NCBI RefSeq assembly: GCF_016185115.1 | Contig: NZ_JACPOF010000029.1 | Span: forward strand, 62,530 to 126,529 | Length of the DNA stretch: 64,000 bases | Reading direction: 5' to 3' | Origin: Polaromonas sp. | Lineage (GTDB): Bacteria; Pseudomonadota; Gammaproteobacteria; Burkholderiales; Burkholderiaceae_C | Shown: positions 1-8,139 of the stretch, piece by piece | Layout: the number at the start of each line of letters is the position of its first letter | How positions within the stretch are numbered: position 1 is the first letter of the stretch | Notes under the pieces: model-generated | Told to the model about the DNA's origin: nothing | Seen by the model: the letters and a program-made list of their open reading frames with translations, nothing else | Databases searched by the model: none | Program-made: the position numbers and the translations under genes

Positions 1-465
1 GTACTGGTTGTAGACGTCCCACAGGCCGTCAACAATCATGGAGTCGATCATCTTCCAGTCGCCCATGCGCTGGCCTTCACGCGAACCGTTCAGCACGTGG
101 GGCGCCAGGCTCATGTTTTCCTGGCCGCCGGCAATCACGATCTCGCTGTCGCCAGTGGCCACGGCCTGTGCAGCCAGCATGACAGACTTGAGACCGGAGC
201 CGCAAACTGCATTGATGGTGAGGCCGGGGATGCCGTTGGGGAAACCCGCCTTGATAACGGTCTGGCGTGCCGGGTTCTGGCCGACGCCTGCAGCCAGCAC
301 CTGGCCCATGATGACTTCACCGATCAGGTCGGCAGAGATGCCGGAGCGCTCCAGCACGGCACGTGCAACCGCAGCACCCAGTTCGGTAGCGGGTGTTTTG
401 GCCAGCGAACCACCAAATTTGCCAACCGCGGTGCGGGCGGCTGAAACGATAACGATGTCTTCCAT
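1..465 (-). CDS. phaA: acetyl-CoA acetyltransferase (beta-ketothiolase), N-terminal part; gene continues beyond window start
   Basis: The reverse complement from CAT at 463-465 reads MEDIVIVSAARTAVGKFGGSLAK...TINAVCGSGLKSV, which contains the thiolase active-site Cys motif. It is absent from the ORF track because no stop lies in the window. It sits 55 bp downstream of phaC on the same strand. Confidence 0.9.
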   Translation of the reverse strand, partial: MEDIVIVSAARTAVGKFGGSLAKTPATELGAAVARAVLERSGISADLIGEVIMGQVLAAGVGQNPARQTVIKAGFPNGIPGLTINAVCGSGLKSVMLAAQAVATGDSEIVIAGGQENMSLAPHVLNGSREGQRMGDWKMIDSMIVDGLWDVYNQY

Positions 466-519
466 GATGTCTTTCCCTTTGATTAAATCTGTTGTGAAAT
501 TTTGCGAGGACCGCCCCGG

Positions 520-2286
520 TCAGGCCTTTGCCTTGACATAGCGACCGGGCGCAGGCTCCAGGGCCTGGTATTTTTTATTGCCGTATGTTTTGGGCGCAGC
601 CACCTGCTTGCCCGAGTGGCCCTTGAGCCAGTTCGACCAGTCTGTCCACCAGCTGCCAGGGTGCTCCGTGGCGGTCTTGAGCCATTCGGCCTGTGCTGCC
701 GGAAACTTGTTCACAGGCAGCTTGTCGTTGGTCCAGTAGCTGCGTTTTTTCTTGGCGGGCGGATTGATGACGCCGGCAATGTGGCCGGATGCGCCCATCA
801 CAAACCGCTTTTTGCCCGGCAGGTGCTGGGTAGAGGCGTAGGCGCCGCCAATCGGCACGATGTGGTCTTCGCGCGAGCCGTACACATAGACGGGGATGTC
901 CACCTTGCCCAGATCAACCTTCTGGCCGCAGACAACAGTCTTGCCGGGCTTGACAAGGTTGTTTTCAAAATAGGTGTTGCGCAGGTACCAGGCGTAAAAA
1001 GGTCCTGGCAGGTTGGTGGAGTCGCTGTTCCAGTAAAGCAGGTCAAACGGCGGCGGCGTTTCACCCTTGAGGTAGTTGCCGACGACGTAGTTCCAGACCA
1101 GGTCGTTTGGCCGCAGGAAACTGAAGGTGGAAGCCAGGTCCTGGCCCTTGAGCAGCCCGCCCTTGCCCATTTCCGACTCACGCTGGGTGACGGTGCTCTC
1201 GTCGATGAAGATATCAAGGATGCCGGTGTCGGTGAAGTCCAGGAAAGACGTCAGCAGGGTTGCACTGGCAGCCGGTTTTTGCCCTTTGGCGGCCAGCACG
1301 GCCAGCGCGGTGGCCAGTATGGTGCCACCCACGCAAAAGCCCAAGGTGTTGATGGTCTTTGCGCCAGAGATTTCCTGCACCACTGAAATGGCCTTCATGG
1401 CCGCATGCTCGATGTAGTCGTCCCATGTTTTGCCCGTCATCGATGCATCCGGGTTGCGCCAGCTCACGACAAACGTACGGTGGCCCTGGCTGACCGCGTA
1501 ACGAATCAGGGAATTCTCGGGCTGCAAATCAAGGATGTAAAACTTGTTGATGCACGGCGGCACCAGCAGGAAAGGCTTTTCATAAACCTTTGCCGTCAGC
1601 GGCTTGTATTCAAGCAACTGGAAGAACTCGTTTTCAAAAACCACCGCGCCCTCAGTAGTGGCCACATTTTTGCCCACTTCAAAGACGCTCTCATCGGTCA
1701 TGGACACATGGCCCTGCCTGATGTCATGCAGCAGGTTGGCAATGCCCCTGGCAATGCTCTCGCCCTGGGTTTCAATGGCCTTCTTTTGCGCTTCGGCATT
1801 GAGCGTCAAAAAGTTGCTCGGTGCAGAAGCGGCCATCCATTGCTCGACCGCAAAACGCACACGGGCTTTGGTCTTTTCATCGCCCTGCACCGCTTCGGCC
1901 AGACTCATCAGGGTGCGGGCGTTAAGCAGGTAGGTTGCGGCAGAGAATCTGGAGACCGGATTTTCATTCCAGGCCTCGGCGGAAAAACGGCGGTCAGACG
2001 CCAGCGGTGCGACACTGCCAGCCTGCACACTCTGGTTCCAGAGGATGGAGGCTTCTTCAAGATAGGTTTGCTGGATCTTCTGCAGTTGCGCCGGGTCAAA
2101 AGTGACCTGCGGCTGCTGGAGTGATTTGAAGGCCGACAAATCCATTTGCGGAAAGCCTGCGGGAGCGCCCGCCGCAGCAAAGGGATTGGCACTGCCGAAA
2201 GAGCCCATGGCCTGCTGCAAGCCCGCGGTAAAGGTCTCTTGCATCTTTTGGGCAGCCTGGGCCCAGTTTGCGTCAGAATTCATCAT
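520..2286 (-). CDS. phaC: class I poly(3-hydroxyalkanoate) synthase
   Basis: 588 aa ORF with the lipase-box-like G-x-C-x-G motif (GFCVGG) and typical PhaC length. It is followed by phaA. Confidence 0.93.
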   Translation of the reverse strand: MMNSDANWAQAAQKMQETFTAGLQQAMGSFGSANPFAAAGAPAGFPQMDLSAFKSLQQPQVTFDPAQLQKIQQTYLEEASILWNQSVQAGSVAPLASDRRFSAEAWNENPVSRFSAATYLLNARTLMSLAEAVQGDEKTKARVRFAVEQWMAASAPSNFLTLNAEAQKKAIETQGESIARGIANLLHDIRQGHVSMTDESVFEVGKNVATTEGAVVFENEFFQLLEYKPLTAKVYEKPFLLVPPCINKFYILDLQPENSLIRYAVSQGHRTFVVSWRNPDASMTGKTWDDYIEHAAMKAISVVQEISGAKTINTLGFCVGGTILATALAVLAAKGQKPAASATLLTSFLDFTDTGILDIFIDESTVTQRESEMGKGGLLKGQDLASTFSFLRPNDLVWNYVVGNYLKGETPPPFDLLYWNSDSTNLPGPFYAWYLRNTYFENNLVKPGKTVVCGQKVDLGKVDIPVYVYGSREDHIVPIGGAYASTQHLPGKKRFVMGASGHIAGVINPPAKKKRSYWTNDKLPVNKFPAAQAEWLKTATEHPGSWWTDWSNWLKGHSGKQVAAPKTYGNKKYQALEPAPGRYVKAKA

Positions 2287-2370
2287 GTCTCCCGGAATCT
2301 TGGATCATCAGACCCCTAGCAATATGCACACCACTTCGTTTACTGATTCTAAAGTCCGCACGGGTGATTT

Positions 2371-2637
2371 ATGTATTTAGTTGTCATTGCGTGGCTGTAC
2401 GTAGTCCTCATGATGAGTGTGGCCGAAGCCACCAACACCACCGGCACTCTCCTGGGCGCCATCATCACCTTTTTTCTGTATGGTTTGGGGCCTGTAGCCT
2501 TGGTGGTTTATCTCATGGGCGCGCCGGCGCGCAGCAAGGCCATCAAGAAACGCAATGCCGAAGAACGGGCAAGAGAAATGGCAGGCGAGATACCGGCGCC
2601 AGAAGCCCGGCCAGACATGCCGGCTGACAAGTCCTGA
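2371..2637 (+). CDS. small membrane protein (two hydrophobic helices, basic C-terminal tail)
   Basis: 88 aa ORF filling the gap between phaC and the LysR gene. The N-terminal half is hydrophobic. No recognisable family. Confidence 0.45.
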   Translation: MYLVVIAWLYVVLMMSVAEATNTTGTLLGAIITFFLYGLGPVALVVYLMGAPARSKAIKKRNAEERAREMAGEIPAPEARPDMPADKS

Positions 2638-2639
2638 GG

Positions 2640-3554
2640 CTACCGCTTCCGGGTTTTGGCACTGGTTTTGGCGCTTTCGCCGTAATACTGCATGCATAAG
2701 TCCCGCGCCAGTTGCACCAGCGAACGGCTGAGCCGCGTCGCAGGCCTGGCTTTTGGCACCGCAATGCACAACCTGTTGCGTATGACAGGCGCGTAAATGG
2801 CGGCCATGTGCGGCGGCGTATCGTGTGTCCACTCCCGCACGGCGCTGGCGGGCAACACGGTGGCTGCCACCCCCCTGGCCACCAGTGACAGCACCGTCTT
2901 GATGGAGTCGACTTCTGCGACCACCTTCAGCAAATGGCCGCGCGGGGCCGCCTCACTTTCGAGCAGTTGACGCAGCGAGTTGGGTTTACTCGGCAACACG
3001 AGCGGCAAGGCTGCCACATCGGCCAGCCGTATGCGCGCGGGCAGCGGTGTCGAGGCCATCAATACCAGCGATTCGCGCGCCACGGTTTCAATATTGAGCA
3101 GCGGCGATGCCGGCGGGTCAAACAGCACGGCCACATCAAGCCGTCCTGCCACCAGCCATTCACGCAGGCGAATGCTCAGCCCCTCTTCCACGCTGATTGC
3201 GGCATCAGGGAATTCGGCGCGAAAACGCTCCACAAGATCGGCCGTCAGGGCGTGCGCCACACGTGGCGGCAGGCCTATGGTGATACGTCCACTGGGTGTG
3301 AGCTGCCTCTCACGCATGTCGGCCCGTGCGCGTTCTGCCAGTTCAAAAATGCCGCGCGCATGCACCAGCAGCGCCAGACCCGCCTCGGTTGGCTCCACGC
3401 CCCTGCCGGTGCGGTTGAGCAGTCGCTGGCCGGTTTCCTGTTCGAGGGCCGCTACCTGCTGGCTCAAGGCCGGTTGCGACATCACCAGCGTGGCGGCAGC
3501 CTTGCTGAAGCTGCCCGCCTCGGCGACCGCCACAAAATATTCAAGCCTGCGCAA
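2640..3554 (-). CDS. LysR-family transcriptional regulator
   Basis: N-terminal HTH (MRRLEYFVAVAEAGSFSKAAATLVMSQPALSQQVAALE) and about 300 aa. Divergent from the catabolic operon. Confidence 0.9.
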   Translation of the reverse strand: MRRLEYFVAVAEAGSFSKAAATLVMSQPALSQQVAALEQETGQRLLNRTGRGVEPTEAGLALLVHARGIFELAERARADMRERQLTPSGRITIGLPPRVAHALTADLVERFRAEFPDAAISVEEGLSIRLREWLVAGRLDVAVLFDPPASPLLNIETVARESLVLMASTPLPARIRLADVAALPLVLPSKPNSLRQLLESEAAPRGHLLKVVAEVDSIKTVLSLVARGVAATVLPASAVREWTHDTPPHMAAIYAPVIRNRLCIAVPKARPATRLSRSLVQLARDLCMQYYGESAKTSAKTRKR

Positions 3555-3601
3555 ATCGATGATGAACTCCTCAGGTTGATGGAAAGCATTTTATAAGTAT
3601 T

Positions 3602-3620
3602 TCAAATATCTGATATTTGA
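3602..3620. promoter_or_regulatory. perfect 9-1-9 palindrome TCAAATATC-T-GATATTTGA, candidate LysR operator
   Basis: Read directly from the sequence. Located in the 114 bp divergent intergenic region between the LysR gene and the amidohydrolase operon. Confidence 0.4.
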
Positions 3621-3668
3621 GAATCATTTTCACAACACGCGCAAGCGCCGCCAGAATACGGACACACC

Positions 3669-4535
3669 ATGAGCAACACCCTTCTCACTTACAACCCTGC
3701 ACCATCAAAGCCGCAGTTCAGCCTGCCACCCGGTGCATGCGACAGCCATGTGCATGTTTTCGGCCCCGCCATACGCTTTCCGTTTGCACAGGGACGCAAC
3801 TTCACCCCGGCTGATGCACCCAAAGAGAAATTGTTTGCACTGCACGAATACCTGGGCATCTCGCGCTGCGTGATCGTGCAGTCCGCCGTTCACGGCTTTG
3901 ACAATTCAGCAACTGAAGACGCCATTTCGGCAGGCGGCGGCAATTACCTGGGAGTGGCGCTGGTTCCGCACGACGTGCCTGACGAAGAACTCCAGCGCCT
4001 GAAGTCGGCCGGCTTTCGCGGCGTGCGATTCAACTTCATGCCGCACTTGGGCGAAGGTGCCACGCCGCCGCAGGTCATTGCATTGACGCATCGCCTCAAG
4101 CCGCTTGGCATGCACCTGCAGGTTCACTTTGCGAGCAGCCTGATCCATGAACTCGCACCTATCCTGAAAACCTCGGCAGTGCCGGTGGTCATTGATCACA
4201 TGGGCCGCGTCGATGCGACGCTGGGACCTGACCACGCCGACTTTCGCGCACTCTGTACCCTGATGGAAGACCCACTGTTTTACATCAAGGTCAGCGGTGC
4301 CGACCGCATTGATGCCACGCCACCCTACGATCTGGGGGCCGCCCTTGCCCGGCAACTGGTCCAAGCCTTCCCCGATCGCTGCTTCTGGGGCACCGACTGG
4401 CCGCACCCCAACCACACCCACATCCCTGACGACGGCGTGCTGGTAGACACCCTCCAGCGCATCGCCCACACCCCCGAATTGCTGCACAAGCTGCTGGTCA
4501 GCAACCCCCAAAACTTCTACAGGTTTGAAGCATGA
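3669..4535 (+). CDS. amidohydrolase-2 family protein (LigI / lactonase-like)
   Basis: CDSHVHVFGP metal-binding start and DWPHP near the C-terminus. 288 aa. Has a 4-bp ATGA overlap with the next gene. Confidence 0.8.
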   Translation: MSNTLLTYNPAPSKPQFSLPPGACDSHVHVFGPAIRFPFAQGRNFTPADAPKEKLFALHEYLGISRCVIVQSAVHGFDNSATEDAISAGGGNYLGVALVPHDVPDEELQRLKSAGFRGVRFNFMPHLGEGATPPQVIALTHRLKPLGMHLQVHFASSLIHELAPILKTSAVPVVIDHMGRVDATLGPDHADFRALCTLMEDPLFYIKVSGADRIDATPPYDLGAALARQLVQAFPDRCFWGTDWPHPNHTHIPDDGVLVDTLQRIAHTPELLHKLLVSNPQNFYRFEA

Positions 4536-5332
4536 GCAGGCGTCTCCAGGACAAGGTGGTACTGGTGACCGGGGCAGGCTCTGTTGGCCCGGGCTGGGGC
4601 AACGGGCGGGCCATCGCCGTGCGTTTCGCGGAGGAAGGCGCGAAGGTGTTTGCAGTGGACCGGGATGCCGATCGCATGCTTGAGACCATCAGGCTGGTGA
4701 AAGAAGCAGGGGGCGAGATCGAGACCGCCACCTGCGACGTGACGCAGTCCGCTTCCATCGCATCTGTTGTCGAAGCATGCGTCAAACGTTTTGGCCGAAT
4801 CGACATCCTGGTCAACAACGTGGGCGGCTCTGCAGCCGGCGGCCCGGTAGAAATGACAGAAGAGGTGTGGGACGCGCAGATCGACCACAACCTCAAAAGT
4901 GTGTTTTTGACCTGCAAGCACGTGCTGCCATTGATGGAAAGCCAGGGTTCTGGCGCCATCGTCAACATCTCGTCAACCTCGGGCGTGCGCTGGACCGGGT
5001 CCGCACAGGTTGCCTATGCATCGACCAAGGCCGGCGTCATCCAGTTCTCGCGCGTCACTGCGGTGCAGTACGCCAAGGCAGGCATACGCATCAATACCGT
5101 GGTACCGGGCCAGCTCTACACACCCATGGTAGATGTACGCCTTGCCAAACAGCGCACAGGCGGCGACGTCACTGCGCTCCTGCAGCAGCGCCAGTCACGC
5201 ATTCCCCTGCCCTTCATGGGCGACGGGCGCGACACCGCCAATGCTGCCCTTTTTCTTGCTTCAGATGAAGCCCGGTTCATCACCGGTACCGAGCTTGTCG
5301 TCGATGGCGGCATGTCGGTCAGATGCGACTGA
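4532..5332 (+). CDS. SDR-family oxidoreductase
   Basis: VLVTGAGS..G Rossmann motif and the YASTKAG (YxxxK) catalytic motif. Confidence 0.9.
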   Translation: MSRRLQDKVVLVTGAGSVGPGWGNGRAIAVRFAEEGAKVFAVDRDADRMLETIRLVKEAGGEIETATCDVTQSASIASVVEACVKRFGRIDILVNNVGGSAAGGPVEMTEEVWDAQIDHNLKSVFLTCKHVLPLMESQGSGAIVNISSTSGVRWTGSAQVAYASTKAGVIQFSRVTAVQYAKAGIRINTVVPGQLYTPMVDVRLAKQRTGGDVTALLQQRQSRIPLPFMGDGRDTANAALFLASDEARFITGTELVVDGGMSVRCD

Positions 5333-5363
5333 TTTAAACAGAGTAAAAACCCAAGGAGACACC

Positions 5364-6356
5364 ATGACCATACGAAAAAATACCACCCGCAGAAATGCAC
5401 TTACCTTCATCGCAGCGGCCGCAATGGCGCTATCGGCGGGCTTCACCCTGCCAGCTTTTGCCCAGCAAAAAGTTACCCGCCTTGTTGTGGCATTCCCGCC
5501 CGGCGGCCCGGTGGACTTCGTTGCCCGTACCATCAGCGAACAACTGGGCAAGGAACTGAACACCCAGGTCATCGTTGAAAACAAGGCTGGCGCGAACGGT
5601 GCCATCGCCGCCGAATACGTGTCGCGTGCGACACCGGATGGCAGCACCTTGTGGCTCACAAGCGTGGGCGCGGTAGCCATCAACCCGCCTCTCTATGAAA
5701 AGCTGCCCTACGACCCGGTCAGGGACCTGACCCCCATCTCGCTGGTGGTGAACAACGTTGAGCTGCTGGTCGTGCACCCGACCAACCCTGCCAGCAACGG
5801 TGCAGAGTTTGTGGCCAATGCCAAGAAGCGCAAGGAAGGCATCACCATGGCATCTTCAGGCACAGGCAGCGTGCCGCACCTGGCGATGGAACTGCTGGCG
5901 GATGTCAGCAAGGCCAAACTGGTCCACGTCCCCTACAAGGGTGCTGCGCCGGCCATTACCGATGTCATGGCCGGCCACGTGGACGGCTTTTTTGGCGACA
6001 TCCCGGGCCTGGTGGGGTTCATCAAATCCGGCAAGCTCAAGCCCATTGGTATTGCATCGCCCAAACGCCATCCGCTGCTGCCCGACGTCAAGACCTTCAA
6101 GGAAATGGGCCTGCCCGGTGTGGATTCAGACAACTGGTATGCCCTCTTCTCATCCAAAGGCACGCCGACGGCTGAGCTGGCCCGGGTCAACCTGGCCGTT
6201 CAGCGCACCCTGGCAACCGAAAGTGTTCGCAGCAAGCTGATGGCATCGGGCGCCGAGCCTGCGGGCTCCACGCCGGACGCACTGGCCACATTGATGAAAA
6301 ATGACACCGCCAAATGGGGCAAGGTCATTCGCGACAAAAAGATCAAGCCCGAATAA
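5364..6356 (+). CDS. Bug-family (TctC-like) tripartite tricarboxylate transporter substrate-binding protein
   Basis: ATG at 5364 preceded by AAGGAGA. Signal peptide ends AFAQQ, followed by RLVVAFPPGGPVD, a Bug hallmark. The ORF-track start at 5133 is an upstream extension overlapping the SDR gene. Confidence 0.9.
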   Translation: MTIRKNTTRRNALTFIAAAAMALSAGFTLPAFAQQKVTRLVVAFPPGGPVDFVARTISEQLGKELNTQVIVENKAGANGAIAAEYVSRATPDGSTLWLTSVGAVAINPPLYEKLPYDPVRDLTPISLVVNNVELLVVHPTNPASNGAEFVANAKKRKEGITMASSGTGSVPHLAMELLADVSKAKLVHVPYKGAAPAITDVMAGHVDGFFGDIPGLVGFIKSGKLKPIGIASPKRHPLLPDVKTFKEMGLPGVDSDNWYALFSSKGTPTAELARVNLAVQRTLATESVRSKLMASGAEPAGSTPDALATLMKNDTAKWGKVIRDKKIKPE

Positions 6357-6364
6357 AACGACCC

Positions 6365-6922
6365 ATGACCCTGACAAGAATCACACCCGTCGAACCGGGT
6401 AGCCGCCCGGAACTGGCGGCCATAGAAGCCGGCATCATGGCTGAGCGGGGCCGCGTCTCACTGCTTTACCAGGTGCTGCTCAACAGCCCGCCGCTGGCGC
6501 AGGGCTGGGAGCAGTTGCTGACCGCCGTGCGCAATCGCAGCAGTGTGCCGGCCGATCTACGCGAGATGGTCATCCTGCGGGTGGCCGTGCTCAACCGCGC
6601 GCCCTACGAATTTGAAGCGCATGTTCCGCATGCCCTCAAGGCAGGCATGACGCAGGACAGCATTGAGGCCCTGCGCAACTTGCAAGTGACGCAAGACGAA
6701 AAAACCTTTTCAGCGAAAGAGCGTGATGTGCTTGCCCTGACCGACACCATGACCCGCGACATTGAGGTAGCTGATGCTGTTTTCAACGCAGCGAAAGCGC
6801 ATTTCAGTGATCAGCAGATGACAGACCTGGTGGCGACCATCGCCGCATACAACATGGTGTCACGCTTTCTGACTGCTTTCAAAATAGGTCACGGACATGA
6901 GCGTATCAAGCGTGGCCACTGA
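6365..6922 (+). CDS. carboxymuconolactone decarboxylase (AhpD-like) family protein
   Basis: YEFEAHVPHALKAGMT motif region and about 185 aa. The start was chosen at the ATG after the Bug gene stop. Confidence 0.75.
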   Translation: MTLTRITPVEPGSRPELAAIEAGIMAERGRVSLLYQVLLNSPPLAQGWEQLLTAVRNRSSVPADLREMVILRVAVLNRAPYEFEAHVPHALKAGMTQDSIEALRNLQVTQDEKTFSAKERDVLALTDTMTRDIEVADAVFNAAKAHFSDQQMTDLVATIAAYNMVSRFLTAFKIGHGHERIKRGH

Positions 6923-7511
6923 TGCCCTGCTCGTGCAGGCCAACACGCCGGACACCTCAAGCCTGCCCATACTGATACAGCGCCTTGAAAAGGCCTTGCC
7001 CGGTACATCCGTCAGGATTCACGCAGCTTTTTCGCGGGTTCAAAAGCAGTTCTACGCTTATCTGTACCTCGACAAACGCCGAACCTGCACTGTTGATGAG
7101 GCTGCCTCCCTGCAGTCGTCGCTGCAAAAAGAATTTCCCCGGCTTCAAAACCTGCGCGTCTCAAGGCTGGAGCAGGTCTTTGCCACTGATGGCTCATCAC
7201 AAGGTTCTGCACCTGCCTTTCATTACGCCGTCGAGATGGACCCGGAGTCCGGCTGGATGCCAGAGCTCTCGCAGTGGTACGACACGGAACACATGCCGGG
7301 CCTGGCCAAAGTGCCGGGCTGCATACGCGCCAGCCGCTTCCTGAACCATGACCACGGTCCGCTGTCCCTGGCCTGCTATGACCTGGTGACTGAAGAAACA
7401 CTGGGGTCCGAACCCTGGCTGGCTGTGCGGGGAACACCGTGGAGCGATCGCATGCGTCCGAAGTTTACGAACACGATCCGCACGATGTTCAGGAGTTGGC
7501 CTTTGCCTTAG
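6897..7511 (+). CDS. hypothetical protein (possible tandem alpha/beta-barrel, EthD-like C-terminal half)
   Basis: 204 aa ORF in the operon. The C-terminal half (WYDTEHMPGLAKVPGCIRASRF) resembles dimeric alpha-beta barrel proteins. The start overlaps the upstream gene by 26 nt and is uncertain. Confidence 0.5.
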   Translation: MSVSSVATDALLVQANTPDTSSLPILIQRLEKALPGTSVRIHAAFSRVQKQFYAYLYLDKRRTCTVDEAASLQSSLQKEFPRLQNLRVSRLEQVFATDGSSQGSAPAFHYAVEMDPESGWMPELSQWYDTEHMPGLAKVPGCIRASRFLNHDHGPLSLACYDLVTEETLGSEPWLAVRGTPWSDRMRPKFTNTIRTMFRSWPLP

Positions 7512-7540
7512 CTGCGCTTGTGCCCAGCCAGGGCGACAGT

Positions 7541-8110
7541 TCAGCCCAGAACCATCAGGCCAATCTGCAAAAGAAGTATCAGCACCAGAGCCGAAAGGTC
7601 AACTCCGCCAATTGAGGGCACGATGCGGCGCAGAGGCGTCAGCAGCGGCTCGGTGAGGCGGCCCAGCAGCACATAGGCAGGCGAGCCGGGCTGAACCCAG
7701 GACAGGATGGCAAAACCTATGACGAGAATCATCATGGTCTGCAGCGCCACGCGCACCAGCATCTTCAGCGCAAACACGAGCAGGTTGAACAGCGCAGAAA
7801 TACCCAGGTCAGGCGACCAGTGCGCCACACCCAGCAGCACACCGAAGAGCAGGCTCCAGAGCAGCCCGTAGGCCAGCGCAAGCACCGCAGCGGCAATCAG
7901 GCTGGCCCAGTCGATCCGGGCTTTGCCGAGACTCGCCGGCAGTACGCGCCTCAAGGGCTTGACCAGCCAGTCCGTGATGGCCAAGACAAAAATGCCGGGC
8001 TGCCCGCGCATGTTCACGCGCGTCCAGTTCATCCAGGCGCGCAGCAGGGACGCGCCTATCAGCAGGAAGAAAATCGTTTCAAGCAGGAAAGCGAGGATAC
8101 GGATCAACAT
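7541..8110 (-). CDS. yggT: YggT-family inner-membrane protein
   Basis: Two YGGT repeats: ..LVKPLRRVLP.. and ILSWVQPGSPAYVLLGRLTEPLLTPLRRIVPSIGGVDLS. 189 aa, as for E. coli YggT. Confidence 0.8.
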   Translation of the reverse strand: MLIRILAFLLETIFFLLIGASLLRAWMNWTRVNMRGQPGIFVLAITDWLVKPLRRVLPASLGKARIDWASLIAAAVLALAYGLLWSLLFGVLLGVAHWSPDLGISALFNLLVFALKMLVRVALQTMMILVIGFAILSWVQPGSPAYVLLGRLTEPLLTPLRRIVPSIGGVDLSALVLILLLQIGLMVLG

Positions 8111-8139
8111 GGGTGTCAGCGTTCAATAAACAAACACGA

